Shown: piece after piece, positions 41,951 to 55,595 of the stretch | Position numbering within the stretch: the first letter of the stretch is position 1 | Layout of the letters: every line of letters begins with the position of its first letter | Assembly: GCF_006345805.1 (NCBI RefSeq) | Contig: NW_021837032.1 | Span: forward strand, 5,171 to 69,170 | Reading direction: 5' to 3' | DNA length: 64,000 nucleotides | Source of the DNA: Octopus sinensis | Lineage: Eukaryota | The notes under the pieces: model-generated | The model's input: the letters and a program-made list of their open reading frames with translations, nothing else | What the model was told of the DNA's origin: nothing | Databases searched by the model: none | Made by a program: the position numbers and the translations under genes

Positions 41951-42444
41951 ATTCTATCAAAGACAGCTAGATGAGAGATCAGAGATTTTTTCTGCTAATA
42001 TTATTGATTAGATTTTTGAAATGTGTGAACAGCTATGAAAATTTAGTGTTCATTTATTATAGGGCTTATAAATATTGATGTCTGAATTAAGGGTGACACC
42101 TACGAAGTTCACGGTCTTTAGATTGATATTAATATTTAATTTTGGGGCTGGATTATTGAAGCTACTCACGAGGTCTTTCCAAAATCCATGTAACTCGTAC
42201 CAATCTGTGTATATGTGTGTTATTCTAGCTAAACTGTCATGGCTATATAAATCGATGCTGACTTTTTGAATCGACTCTTCAAAACAGCCAATATATACAG
42301 ACCACCGATGTCACATAAATTTACAGTGTCGTACAACCTGATCCAACCTTCATATTGGATGTCTCGGATGAATCAATTTTTTTCTCCCAAAGTTAATCTT
42401 TATCAAAGACTGGGGGCCTATTTAACATATAAGTTTATGTCATC

Positions 42445-42668
42445 TTACTCTCTTTTTCTCTTTTACTCTTTTACTTGTTTCAGTCATTTGACTGCGGCCA
42501 TGCTGGAGCACCGCCTTTAGTCGAGCAAATCGACTCCGGGACTTATTCTTTGTAAGCCCAGTACTTATTCTATCGGTCTCTTTTGCCGAACCGCTAAGTG
42601 ACGGCGACGTAATCCCACCAGCATCAGTTGTCAAGCAAAGCTAGGGGGACAAACACAGACATACAAAT

Positions 42669-42732
<64 letters not shown>

Positions 42733-42895
42733 GACGGGCTTCCTTTCAGTTTCCGTCTACCAAATCCACTCACAAGGCTTTGGTCGGCCCGAGGCTATAG
42801 TAGAAGACACTTGCCCAAGATGTCACGCAGTGGGACTGAACCCGGAACCATGTGGTTGGTAAGCAAGCTACTTACCACACAGCCACCCCTGCGCC
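42445..42895 (-). mobile_element. SINE family B
   Basis: Full consensus. Confidence 0.88.
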
Positions 42896-44119
42896 TAATC
42901 GAAATATCTTTTCTTAACGAAGTCTGGTGTCCCTCTTTGTAGAGAATAAGAACGCCACTCGTAACATCTAATACTATCGGACTGTTTCTCACAAATATTA
43001 TAACACCATATCAAGGCGACGGGCTGGCAGAATCGTTAAGCACGCCAGGCAAAATGTTCATCGGTATTTCGTCTGTTTTGACATTCTGAGTTCAAATTCC
43101 GCTAAGGTCGACTTTGCCTTTCATCCTTTCGGGATCGATAAAATAAGTACCAATTGAATAATGGGGGCTATGTAATCGCTTTAACCTCTCCCCCGGATTT
43201 ACAGGCCTTGTGCCAAAATTTGAAACCAATATTATAACACCACTTCAAGGCGAGGAGCTGGCAGAATGGTTAGCACGTCGGACAAAATTCTCAGTGGCAT
43301 TTCGTCCATCTTTACCTTCTGAGTTCAAATTCCGCCAAGGTCGACTTTGCCTTTCATCCCTTTCGAGGTCGATAAAAAAAAGTACCAGTTGAACACTGGG
43401 GTCGATCTAATTGTCTTAACCTCTTCCCTGAAATTGCTGGCCTTTTGCCAAAATTTTAAACTATTATTACACCACTTGATTGTTATGTTCTATTCTTGTA
43501 AATTAATTCCTCTCTCAATTCTGTTGTTAATATTACTTTGTAATTTTTTACTGATTAGCTCCAATTTCTGTGTTAGATGGTTTTATATTCCTGTATCAGG
43601 TCTCAGTGGCAAAGTCTTCTTTATGATCATTAACAGTGAGATATGCCACACGCTTCCATAGACATTCCGTTCTTTCATCTAATTTTATTTTCTTGGCTCT
43701 GGCTTTTACCATGGTGTTAATGTTTTCACATGTCTGTACAGTAGTATTTTTTCTTATAATTTTCAGTTATGTTATTCTTAAAGAACAGCGTGTATCTGAC
43801 GGAATCTACTTAATATAAATCATTAGTCTCATTAAAAAAACACCTAAATGTGATAGTGGTATTCTTAATGTATATAATATCAGTTCTAAGTTTCTGCTGG
43901 AATGTTCTAGGGTAAAAATGGAATTTGATGTGAGTAGCCAAGTCAAGTCTACTTCAAAGGATGCGAGGTCTTTCATACTAGAGAAAGGTTGCTTCTCGTT
44001 CTATTAAAGCATTCTATAGATGTTGACTTAGAGTAGAATAATACAGACTGTTATATATTATTTATTACATAACAGAACCATTTCAAGTCTCTCCCTGCCT
44101 GTTACCCGCTTATTAACCA

Positions 44120-44910
44120 TAGACAACAGGGCGATTTATTTCTTCTCAGTACTGGAGAAAGGATCCAGTAAAATCCTCTTCGAAAGAGTGAAAAGTGAAG
44201 AGAAGATGAGAGAGAATCAGTCTGATTTTAGACCTGGTTGAGGCACTCTTGATAACATTTTTATGATCAGACAGATAAAACGGGAAAGAAAAAACAACAT
44301 CAAATGTCCTTATACTTCAGTGTCATTGACCTTAAAGCTACCATCGACACGAAAAGATGAAAGGGTCTTTGAGAAACGAGGACAGCAACAGATGTTAATC
44401 TCAGCGCGTAGAAATTATAGAGGAACCATGCAACAATACCGAGTGAATCGTGGTCGGGGAGGGTCAATGGACGAATTCATTGGAAGTGGATATGGGTCTG
44501 AGATAAGGTTACTTGCTACCGCCATACTTGTTTTGACATCTGAAATTTATCATGAAAGAACTGAACAATACATATGAAAGTCTGATAGATATTGACATCT
44601 TCTTCATACTCATTAGCTGAGCTGATAACATAAGCATAATGTCGACGATCTTTAACAAACTAAATAGTAACCACTGGACAGATAAACGAAGAATATAAAA
44701 CAAAGAATAAGAGAATATGATAATAGATTGACACAGACTGCAAGATACTATCGCCTAGCAAAGTAATTATTATATTAGACGGTTTTAAAGTGGAACAGGT
44801 CATACAGTTTGTTTATGTGTCTCGACAGTAGAGTACCAAACGAGTTAAAAGACGCGGGAAAAGGGTTTCATTTGCATCTAAAGCGTTTGGAAGGTTGAGA
44901 AAGACAGACA
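44120..44910 (+). mobile_element. Decayed RTE-type LINE RT fragments
   Basis: ENQSDFRPG*GTLDNIFMIRQ near 44210-44275 and SFASKAFGRLRK near 44865-44905. Confidence 0.5.
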
Positions 44911-45872
44911 GGCAGACGTGATAGACAGACATGACAGACATGACTGACAGACAGACATGATAGACAGACAGACCGACAGACTGACAGACGGGCGTTGAAA
45001 TTAAGTGTATTAGAACTGTGCCAAAAGATAAACGCAATGTGATCAGGCATACGAACTCTGTTTCACGTGCTGAGGAAGGGATGTGTGATGGGTGGGTCTC
45101 GGCGGAGTGGTGAGGTGATGCGGTGGCTCATAATGGTGGTGATGGTGGTGATGGTGGTGGTGGCTGCGGCGGTGGTAGTGGTGGCAGCGGTGGTGGTGAT
45201 GCTTTTCGGGATGGTGGCGTCGGTGATGACGGTGATGATGGCGGCGGTAAAGATATTAATTAAGAATACGCTGTGTTTTGGTCTCGAGGAGCAAGCGTGT
45301 TTGCAGTTGCAGAAATATATACACACACATGCACGCACGCAGACATACACACACACACACGCACACATTCACATACTCATGTATATGCATGTATATATAC
45401 ATACACATATACCTATACGCACACACAGATATATATGTGTGTGTGTGTGTATATACATATATACACATACATAGATATATGCATGCATGCAGGCATACAT
45501 ACATGCGTATATACAAATGTACATATATTCATATATATATGCATACATATATATATATACACAAACGCGCGCACACATACATAGATATATGCATGCATGC
45601 ATGTTGACATACATACATATATACATATATATACATATACATACATATACATACATATATTTATATACATATATATATATATACACATATATACATACAT
45701 AATATATATATATATATATACGCACACACAGATATATGCAAACATATATACATACATACATACATACATACATACATGCATACATACATATAGACATGCA
45801 TGCATACATACATACATGCATGCATACATACATACATACATACATACATACATACATACATACATACATACA

Positions 45873-45903
<31 letters not shown>

Positions 45904-46154
45904 GGAGCCGAGCCAAGTCGTTGTGTAGCTAACAACTTTGCTTCGCAGACAGATTTGATCTTTGTGTTAGAGTTCAATGCTTTTCACTTTTTAAACAATG
46001 TGGCCATCAAGCATAAAAGAACCTGGAATGCAACAAAAGAGGAAGAACAAATCGTAGAATCAAAGATGAGGAGCCAGTTACCTTGCAACAGAGCGATGGG
46101 GAAAAGAATGCGTATAGTTAGACTTGGACAACCTATAACGTGTAACCGAGGAAG

Positions 46155-47070
46155 GCGGCGAGCTGGCAGAAACGTTAGCACGCCGGGCGAAATGCGTTGC
46201 CGTATTTCGTCTGCCATTACGTTCTGTGTTCAAATTCCGCCGAGGATCGACTTTGCCTTTCATCCTTTCGAGGTCGATGAATTAAGTACCAGTTACGCAC
46301 TGGGGTCGATGTTATCGACTTAATCCGTTTGTCTGTCCTTGTTTGTCCCCTCTGTGTTTAGCCCTTTGTGGGTAATAAAGAAATAGGTATTTCGTCTGCC
46401 GCTACGTTCTGAGTTCAAATTCAGCCGGGGTCGACTTTACCTTTCATCCTTTCGGGGTCGATAAATTAAGTAGCAGCTACGCACTGGAGTCGATGTTATC
46501 GACTTAATCCCTTTGTCTGTCCTTGTTTTATCCCCTCTATGTTTAGCCCCTTGAGGGTAGTAAAGAAATATATAACGTGTAACCGAGGAGAGAGAACCAA
46601 GAAAATAAATAATTATGACGAAAGAAAAATACAACTAAACATGAAGATCCATGGTTAACTGTATTGAGAACAACAGGAGCAGGTGCAGCTGTGTGGTAAG
46701 AAGTTTACTTCTCAACTCCATGGTTCTGGTTTCAATCCCACTGCGTGACACCTTCGACAAGTGTCTGCTACTGTAGCCTCGGGCAGACCAAAGCGTTGTG
46801 AGTGGATTTCGTCTGTCTTTACGTTCTGAGTTCAAATTACGCCGAGGTCCAGTTTGCCTTTCATCCTTTCGGAGTCGATAAATTAAGTACCAGTTACGCA
46901 CTGGAGTCGATGATATCGACTTAATCCCTTCGTCTGTCCCTGTTTATCCCCTCTATGTTTAGCCCCTTGTGGGTAATAAAGAAATAGGTATTTCGTCTGT
47001 CTTTACGTTCAAAGTTCAAATTCCGCCGAAGTCCATTTTGCCTTTCATCCTTTCGGGGTCGATAAATTAA
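46155..47070 (+). mobile_element. SINE-A concatemers with an interposed SINE-B head (46675-46810)
   Basis: Units joined at aataaagaaata|ggtatttcgtctg (46375-46395, 46975-46995). Confidence 0.85.
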
Positions 47071-47309
47071 GAGCAGAAACGAAGAATAACGTCGAGAGTG
47101 ACTTCGAAGTATCGACCTGTCAACAGCCCTATGAAGCCTGCACGCCGCAACTTCGAAGTAATTGTCAGCACTATTGTTGTAAAAGAATAATATATATGTG
47201 AGTGCGTGTGTGTTCCTTTGTTTCAACCATTTGACTACGTCGTTTCTCGAGCACCCATCTCCAAAGAATTTTAACCAACGAAATCTTTCCCAGTCTTATA
47301 TTGATTCTG

Positions 47310-47625
47310 TGGAGGCGCAATGGCCCAGTGGTTAAGGCAGCGAACTCGCGGTTGTAGGATCGCGGTTTCGATTCCCAGACCGGGCGTTGTGAGTGTTTAT
47401 TGAGCGAAAACACCTAAAGTTCCACGAGGTTCCGGCCGGAGAAGGTAGTGGCGATCCCTGCTGTACTCTTTCGCCACAACTTTCTCTCACTCTTTCTTCT
47501 GTTGGCCTGCTCGCTTAGCCAGCGGGATGGCTACATTTGAAGGCTAAAACAGTGCGAAGCGCATTGTGACCAGCGATGGGTAGTAACATCTGATTTACTG
47601 GTCGGTCACGGTGATCACGGTGATA
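47310..47625 (+). mobile_element. SINE family C, tail type 2
   Basis: Matches the 13225-13505 copy. Confidence 0.85.
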
Positions 47626-47771
47626 TTGATTCTTATGGTCTGCGCAGTGCAATAAGTAGAGAAAAATACTTGTCCAAAAGAGCTGTGCTGTGGGACTGAG
47701 CACAAAACCATGTGGTTGCGTAGCGAACGTGTTAAGCACGTGGATATGCCTGCGTTTTAAAATAGGCCATA

Positions 47772-48162
47772 TCTTTATATATAAAAGTGAAGTTGTGCGT
47801 CTGTCTCCTACGATTTAGATTCCTAACTACTCCCACATTTTGCGGTGCAGTTTAACCAAAACCGGGTATCTTATAGTCGGGATTCATATCGGCCTTTGAG
47901 ATTAGCGCGCGTCTACGATGAGTCTACGATCTAAAAAAAATTTACCATCATTTTTTCCATTTTAATGCATTTTTTCGCTATTATATAAGGGAAGTAACTC
48001 TCTAAAATGTCTACGATGAGTCAACGATTTAAAAAAAAAATTTACCATCATTTTTTTTTCCATTTTAATGCATTTTTTTGCTATTTTTTGCTATAACTCT
48101 CTAAAAATGCTTATATAGTTATTTCCCTTACAAACCCGAGCAACGCCGGGCGATACTGCTAG
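47772..48162 (+). mobile_element. Non-autonomous Helitron with internal ~100-bp tandem duplication
   Basis: A|TCTTTATATATAAAAG 5' end and 3' hairpin cccgagcaacgccggg followed by CTAG|T. The block gtctacgatgagtc..gat.taaaaaaaatttaccatca is repeated. Confidence 0.75.
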
Positions 48163-48364
48163 TAGTTACATAAGACGAAATGCCGATAAGCATTTTACCT
48201 GGGGTGCTGATGATTCTGCCAGCTCACCGCCTTAAAATTTGAAATATTCTTTTCTACTCTAGGCACAAGGCCCAAAGTTTTGGGGGAGGGGGGGCAGTCG
48301 ATTAGATGGACTCCAATGAAAGGCAAAGTCGACCTCGGTGGAATTTGAACTCAGAACATAAAGG

Positions 48365-48752
48365 GAGTGGCTGTGTGGAAAGTAGCCTGCTTACGAACCA
48401 CATAGTTCCGGGTTCAGTCCCACTGCGTGGCATCTTGGGCAAGTGTCTTCTATTATAGCCTCAGATTTGGTAGGATTTGGATTTGGTAGACGGAAACTGA
48501 AAGAAGCCCGTCGTATATATGTATATGTATACATGTGTGTGTGTTTGTTTGTCTGTGTTTGTCCCCACCACCCAACATCGCCTGATAACAGATGCTGCTG
48601 TGTTTATGTCCCCGTAACTTAGCGGTTCGGCAAAAGAGACCGATAGAATAAGTACTGGGCTTACAAAGAGTAAGTCCTGGGGGCGATTTGCTCGACTAAA
48701 GGCGGTGCTCCAGCATAGCCGCAGTCAAATGACTGAAACAAGTAAAAGAGTA
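48365..48752 (+). mobile_element. SINE family B nested in SINE-A fragments
   Basis: Consensus match; SINE-A minus-strand pieces on both sides. Confidence 0.82.
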
Positions 48753-49099
48753 AGCATTTAGCCCGGCGTGCAAACATTTCATATTTCTTTATTGCCCACA
48801 AGGGGACAAACAAGAGGACAAACAAGAGGACAAACAAGGGGACAGACCACCGTTGTCCTAATTGTTGCTTTGCCCTAGGCCGACCTTCTTCCAGGAGACC
48901 TCATTATCAAAGACGCCCATTCTATGACTATCCCACCTTTTTGTTTTTGTTTAATATTCTTACATAATATACCTGGGAGTGTTTTTATCTGATGCGTCAT
49001 ATCTATTTTTAAAACGATGCCGCGTAATTCCAGCAAGATTTTGGTGGAGCTGCTATTTCTGGCCGGCCGGTCTGTCACGTAACGCCTCATTGTTTACCT

Positions 49100-49505
49100 T
49101 CAGTTTATAACAGTTGTTGTTGTTGGTGGTGGTGGTGGTGGTGGTGGTGATGGTGGTGGTAGTGTTGTTGTTGGTGTTGTTTTTGTTGTTGTTGGTGGTG
49201 GTGGTGTTTGTTGTTTGTTGTTGTTGTTGGTTTTGGTGTTTTGGTGTTGTTGTTGTTGTTGGTGATGGTGGTGATGGTGGTGGTGGTGTTGTTGGTGGTA
49301 GTGTTTTGGTATTGTTGTTGTTGGTGATGGTGGTGGTGGTGGTGGTGGTGGTGGTGGTGGTGGTGGTGGTGGTGTTTTGGTGTTCTTGTTGTTGTTTTGG
49401 TGTTCTTGTTGTTGTTGTTGTGGTTGTTGTTGTTGTAGTTGGTGGTCGTGGTGGTGTTTTGGTGTTGTTGTTGTTGGTGGTGGTGGTGTTGGTGTTGTTG
49501 TTGTA
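49100..49505. repeat. Compound (GTT/GGT)n trinucleotide array
   Basis: Direct reading. Confidence 0.95.
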
Positions 49506-49887
49506 TAAAGCGGCGAGCTGGCAGAATCGTTAGCAGCGTTCAAATTTCGCCCGAGGTCGACACTTTGCTCTTTTCATCCTTTTCGAGGTCGATAAAATAA
49601 GTACCAGTTACACACTGGGGTCGATGTAATCGATTGAGCCACTTCCCCAAAAATTTCAGGCCTTGTGCCTTTACTAAAAAGGTTATCGTAAATATAGCTG
49701 CTGCTGTTTTTGTGGTTGTTGTTCTTGACAACGACGAAAGTAAGTGGTGGGGTGATGATGTTTATGTGAAGTATTTGTGAATAGTGGGTCAGCTGCCTCC
49801 CATAACAGTGCATCTTTTTCTATCCTTCTCTTTCACACTCTCATAAAATTTCTCTCTCTCTCACTCTCTCTCTCTCTCTCTCTCCTC

Positions 49888-49918
<31 letters not shown>

Positions 49919-50401
49919 CTATCTCTATCTCAGTCTATCTGTCTGTCTGTAAATATGTAAGAGTACATGTATACATATAACTACATGTTAGAGTTTACAA
50001 TGAAGTGGAAAATGTATAGAAAACAAAGGCAAAGTGTATTTATTTAAGTAAATAAAAGTAAAGAACTTCTCCCGTAAAGGGACATAACTCTTGGACCTTA
50101 AAGGGGCGTAACTCACAAACTCATCTCAGTTGACGGTCAATTGTAAATATACTCACAAGTAAAATATTTATATACACTGACACACTCACACACACACACA
50201 CACATATATATATATACACACGCGCACACACACACACACACACATACACACGTAGGCACACACACGCACACACACACATGCTGAGTGTTTTCTGTCTGCT
50301 ACAGCAATTTTCGACCGGGGTCAATATGACCCTTAGGGGACCACATAAGGTTTTGTTAAGATTTAGGTAAAATATTTTGGACTATTTTTCTTTATACAAC
50401 A

Positions 50402-50880
50402 GGCGCAGGTGTGACTGTGAGGTAAGAAGCTTGCTTTCCAACCACATGGTTCTCGATTCAATCCCTATGCGTGGTACCTTGGGCAAGTGTCTTCTACTAT
50501 AGCCTCGCGCCAACCAAAGCCTTGTGAATAATTTGGTAGATGGAAACTAAAAGAAGCCTATCGTGTGTGTGTATGTATATAGATATATATGTGTGTGTGT
50601 GTATGTATGTATATATGTGTGCGTGTGTGAGTGTGTGTGTATGTATGTATGTATGTATATATATATATATGTGTGTCTGTGTTTGTCCCCCCAACATCGC
50701 TTGAAAACCGATGCTGCTGTGCTTACGTCCCCGTAACATTAGCGGTTCGGCAAAATAGACCGACAGAATAAGTACTAGGCTTCCAAAGAATAAGTCCTGA
50801 GGGTCGATTTGTGCGGCTAAAGGCGGTGCTCCAGCATGGCCAGAGTCAAATGACTGAAACAAGTAAAAGAGTAAAAGAGT
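50402..50880 (+). mobile_element. SINE family B
   Basis: Consensus match. Confidence 0.85.
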
Positions 50881-51291
50881 TTTATGTATCCTTTTATCTT
50901 TCTCTTCTTTCAGTCTTTGAACAACGGCCATGCTGGAGCACATCTTGCCACGGTTTATTCGAGCAAATTGACAACGGTAGTAAAATTTCAAAGCAACATC
51001 GTAACCGTGTGTGTGTGTGTGTGGTGCCTTTGTGTGTTTGTGCGCGCGTGCGCGCGCACGTGTGCAATCGTGTGTCTTGAATAAAAGTACGTGTTGTCAT
51101 AACAAATTTCTGAATGTGTGACGTAAATATGAACGCGTGTTTACGAGTGTGAGCGCCTGTGTGTTCGCGTCTACGTAGTTTTGTGAGCGCTTGTCTGTGT
51201 GTGTGTGTGTGTGTGAGCTTGCATGCATATTATACGCATTCTATACGTTGGTGTGTATATATGTGTGTTGGGGGGGTATAGTATATATAAT

Positions 51292-51374
<83 letters not shown>

Positions 51375-51555
51375 AAGACAGACAGACAGTCAGACAGACA
51401 GACAGACAGGCAGGCAGACAGACAGACAGACAGACAGATAGATGGAGAGATGGATGGATGGATGGATGGATGGATGGATAGACAGACAGGTAGATAGACA
51501 GACAGGTAGATAGACAGACAGGTAGATAGACAGACAGATAGATAGATAGATAGAT

Positions 51556-51623
<68 letters not shown>

Positions 51624-52196
51624 TTAGACATTTGCGTCTATGTATATATACAAATGCACGTGCGTCTATGAAAACCTGTGTATATAACAACGTGCCATGC
51701 ACAGATGTGTGTGTATGTGTGTGTATGTGTGTGTGCGCGTGGATAATTAAGGTAGACAGAACCTTCCCTACCCCATCATTCTCTACCATTACCCTACCAA
51801 CGAACTAGTCACCACCACCACCATCATAACAACCACCACGCATCTTCACTACACCACCACCACCAATAGCAACAACAACATCATTCCAGCTCTGGTACAA
51901 ATGAGTCAACGTTGGAACTTTGCCAAAAAAAAAAAATGAAAGCCACCGGCCGAGTTATAAACAAAGACAAAGCAAAAGAGCCACGTGTTCCTCTCTCTCT
52001 CTCTATCTATCTATCTCTATCTCTCTCTTTCTCTCTTTCTCTCCTTTCGGTCTCTCTCTCTCTCAATATTCGTTTCTATCTTTCCCCTATTTCCTCCACC
52101 CATCCTCCTCCTACCTCGTTAGAAACTTTGGTAAGCAATACATTCTTGCCTCCACTTTTTCATCCTATGAGCTCTCGCGCATTAGGCAGGGCAACG

Positions 52197-52197
<1 letters not shown>

Positions 52198-52235
<38 letters not shown>

Positions 52236-52324
52236 CAGTAGTAGTAGTAGTATGAGTGGTGGTGGTGGTAGCTGTAGTAATTGCAGTAGTGATTTTAGTG
52301 GTGATGATGGAGGTGGTGGTGGTG

Positions 52325-52370
<46 letters not shown>

Positions 52371-52515
52371 CGGTGGTGGTGGTGGTAGGAGTAATAGTAG
52401 TGGTGGTGGTGTGGTGGTTGTGGTGGCGTCGTCGGTAGCGGTGGCGGCAGCAGCAGTGGCAGTAGTAGTAGTAGTAGTAGTAGTAGCGGCCGGTGGTGCT
52501 AGTGTTGGTGGTGGT
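52198..52515. repeat. Compound (GTA/GGT)n array
   Basis: Direct reading. Confidence 0.95.
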
Positions 52516-52544
52516 TGATTTTGTTTGGCCCCCTTTCCTTCCAC

Positions 52545-52750
52545 CCACCACGATTGGTCAGCTTCGACCTAAAATACCTAAGGCGCTCCAGCTATGACCA
52601 ACCCGTCTTCAATAAATATTTTCGTCTAATTTCGCTGTATTATATTATATTATATAACGTAGCCTGTTTTTCTTTTTCTTTTATCTTTTTTTCTTATAAG
52701 CGGCCGGATGTGATTAGAAGGAAAACATGGCCGACATTTTGAGCAAAGGT
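52545..52750 (+). promoter_or_regulatory. Candidate promoter / start-codon exon (MADILSK|)
   Basis: GATTGG (reverse CCAAT) at 52552, a pyrimidine run, CCGGATGT (ETS-like) at ~52704, AAAACATGGCCG (YY1-like, strong Kozak, ATG at 52727) and a possible donor AAG|GTAGCG at 52749. Confidence 0.3.
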
Positions 52751-52786
52751 AGCGTGCCTACTGTAATGGCTTCCTAGTTAGCTAGT

Positions 52787-53170
52787 GTGGAGGCGCAATG
52801 GCCCAGTGGTTAGGGCAGCGGACTCGCGGTCGTAGGATCGCGGTTTCGATTCCCAGACCGGGCGTTGTGAGTGTTTATTGAGCGAAAACACCTAAAAGCT
52901 CCACGAGGCTCCGGCAAGGGATGGTGGTGATCCCTGCTGTACTCTTTCGCCACAACTTTCTCTCACTTTTACTTCCTGTTTCTGTTGTACCTGTATTTCA
53001 AAGGGCCGGCCTTGTCACTCTGTGTCACGCTGAATTCCCCAGAGAACTACGTTAAGGGTACACGTGTCTGTGGAGTGCTCAGCCACTTACACGTTAATTT
53101 CACGAGCAGGCTGTTCCGTTGATTCGGATCAACCGGAACCCTCGTCGTCGTAACCGACGGAGTGCTTCCA
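52787..53170 (+). mobile_element. SINE family C, tail type 1 variant
   Basis: Shares the proximal tail with the 5290-5816 copy, then diverges (gagcaggctgttccgttgattcgg...). Confidence 0.85.
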
Positions 53171-53545
53171 TCCTTAGTTAGCTAGTGATTATACTTTAGC
53201 CCCAGGCTGGCTTTCATCGAGCGCTTTAAGACGGTTGGGTGTAGTTTTAGAGACTTCACCAGCTATTTCTAGCAGCAACCGCGTACACAAAGGGAATATT
53301 TTCTTGTACATGTCCCAGTTATTGGAAAGCGGCCCTGCTGGGTCACCACCGTCAATCGTCTTATATTCTTTATGCGCGCGCGTGTGTGTGTGTTGTGTGT
53401 GTGTGTGTTACTTATTCGGATCTCTTTTTGCCGAACCTCTAAGTTAAGGGGAGATGAACAAAACAGCACTGGTTGTCAAGCGATGAGGAGAACAAACCAC
53501 TAACAGAATGACACCCACACACACGTATGTATATATGTATACACG

Positions 53546-53603
<58 letters not shown>

Positions 53604-53630
53604 CACATACATAAACATACATTTATATAG

Positions 53631-53822
53631 GCGCAGGAGTGGCTGTGTGGTAAGTAGCTTGCTAACCAACCACATGGTTCCGAGTTCAGTCCCAATGCAT
53701 GGCACCTTGGGCAAGTGTCTTCTGCTATAGCCTCGGGCCGACTAATGCCTTGTGAGTGAGTGGATTTGGTAGACGGAAACTGAAAGAAGCCTGTCGTATA
53801 TATTGTATATATATATATATAT

Positions 53823-53860
<38 letters not shown>

Positions 53861-54060
53861 TATATGTATGTATGTGTATGTGTTATGCCCCTAGCATTGC
53901 TTGACACCGATGCTGGTTGTTTACGTCCCCGTACTTAGCGCGTTCGGCAAAAGAGACGATAGAATAAGTACTGGGTTACAAAGAATAAGTTCCCGCGGGT
54001 CGCAGCTGTGACTCAAAGGCGGTGCTCCACAGGCCGGCCATCAAATGACGGAAACTGTAA
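53631..54060 (+). mobile_element. SINE family B (back-to-back with a minus-strand partial copy at 53300-53620)
   Basis: Consensus match. Confidence 0.82.
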
Positions 54061-54715
54061 TAGATGTAAAGAGTACGTGCGTTGTGTGATGTGTGTGTGT
54101 GTGTGTGTACATGCGCAACACTCACTCACATACTCACACGCATGCATATGTACGAATGCCACAGGCTTCCTCACAGTTTCTGTGTACTAAATTTACACAG
54201 AAGGCACTTGTCGACCCAAGGTTATATTGGAAATACTGCGCAGTAGAACTGAAATCGAAACTACGTGGTTGCAAAGCGAGTTTCAAAGCCACGCACCCAA
54301 ATAAGAACGGAAGTGCACTGAACCCGGAACCATGTGGTTCGTAAGCAAGCTACTTGCCACACAGCCACTCCTACACCTGTACTGAGTTCAAATTCCGCCG
54401 AGGTTGACTTTTCCTTTCATCCTTTCATGGTCATTAAAAGAAATATCAGTTGAACATTGGGGTCGATGTAATCGACTTAAAATCCCACCCGAAATTGCTG
54501 GCCTTGTTCCATTGGTAAAAACGGTAAAGTAACAAAAGAAAGAAAGAGACCTCAATATTATGTAAATAGAGGAAATTTATCTGTAAAATAATGTGACAAT
54601 TATTCGGTAGCCAAGATAAATCTCTGAGTTTCGGATGCCGAGGTGGAAATCCACAATTTTAAACTTATATATTAAATCATTGTTTGGATCCGAAGAGTGA
54701 TATCACTTTTCCTTT

Positions 54716-54791
<76 letters not shown>

Positions 54792-54821
54792 ATCTCTCTC
54801 TCTCTCTCCCTCTCTTTCTCC

Positions 54822-54861
<40 letters not shown>

Positions 54862-55194
54862 CCAAATTGATTTTTAGAGACTTTGTCAGTGAAATGTTTG
54901 ACAATGAGTGCGGGCGGGGGCCTTGCAATTTCTATGTGAGAAAATTCTCACATGCACTCGAATCTCCTTCAAATAACACTTTACGGTCCTTAAAGAAAGG
55001 AAAGAGAGAGAAGCGTCCCTTAATGACTTTCGATGTAATTTATTGCCATAAAATATCGTTACAAATGCGCAGTGCACAAGATGAGGACGAGATGGTCAAG
55101 TCTATCAGGACTAACCTTGAGAGAAAAAACCAACAATAACAATAATTCTTAAAGATTTCAGCATAAAGCCCGTGATTCTAGAAAACGGGGAGAG

Positions 55195-55595
55195 TTTCTA
55201 GGTAACTAAAAAATTTTAAACTTCGATTCTGGTAGAATGTGTTTATAAAACAACTTTTTCTCTTGGCTTTATTGAGAAAATTCTATGGTTTGTAAGATAT
55301 TTGGGGGGTTTTTTTCTTCAATTTCTGCAATTTCAACCAATCAGTGACGTCTATTGAGGTAAAAAAAATCATTCTGTGCCGAATGAATACGTCCCTCATT
55401 TAAGAAACAGATTGGGTTTATTTACATTTCTGAAGAAAAAAGATACCCTTCCCCCACCCCTAACCCTAACCCTAACTAACCCTAACCCTAAAACAGATTG
55501 AAATGCAATAGATCGATACTAAGGTCATAATGATGGGTGACAATTTCATATGGCACCGCTAGAAAAAAAACTGCCGTTCAAACCGAAAAGATCCT
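55195..55595 (-). mobile_element. MITE-like element carrying TTAGGG repeats (inverted relative to the 61255-61672 copy)
   Basis: Reverse-complement match to the 61.3-kb copy; ccctaaccctaaccctaa at ~55457-55490. Confidence 0.75.

Larger units (their letters stand above)
40900..43830 (-). mobile_element. Highly decayed Penelope-like element (RT and GIY-YIG remnants) fragmented by SINEs
   Basis: AKKIKLDERTECLWKRVAYLTVNDHKEDF (~43600-43720, cf. LKDHKENF), LCDIGGLYILA and SIDLYSHDSLA (~42230-42330, cf. LYRDDGL), and ECYIRIVVGKFETLYTYRSASFR (ORF 40911..41150, cf. YIG..F..RY..H..SF), in collinear order. Confidence 0.55.

Noticed and set aside
46155-47070. CRISPR-like regularly repeated units
   Set aside because: The units are ~200-bp SINE concatemers without unique spacers; eukaryotic context, no cas genes.
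52787-52865. tRNA genes suggested by A/B boxes (all three SINE heads)
   Set aside because: No full cloverleaf; the heads continue into repeat bodies and are degenerate multi-copy SINEs.
53235-53447. Possible second exon of the MADILSK candidate gene
   Set aside because: The sequence is largely a degenerate SINE-B tail running into a TG repeat.
55457-55490. Telomere or chromosome-fusion relic
   Set aside because: Only a few TTAGGG units, and they are internal to a MITE present twice.
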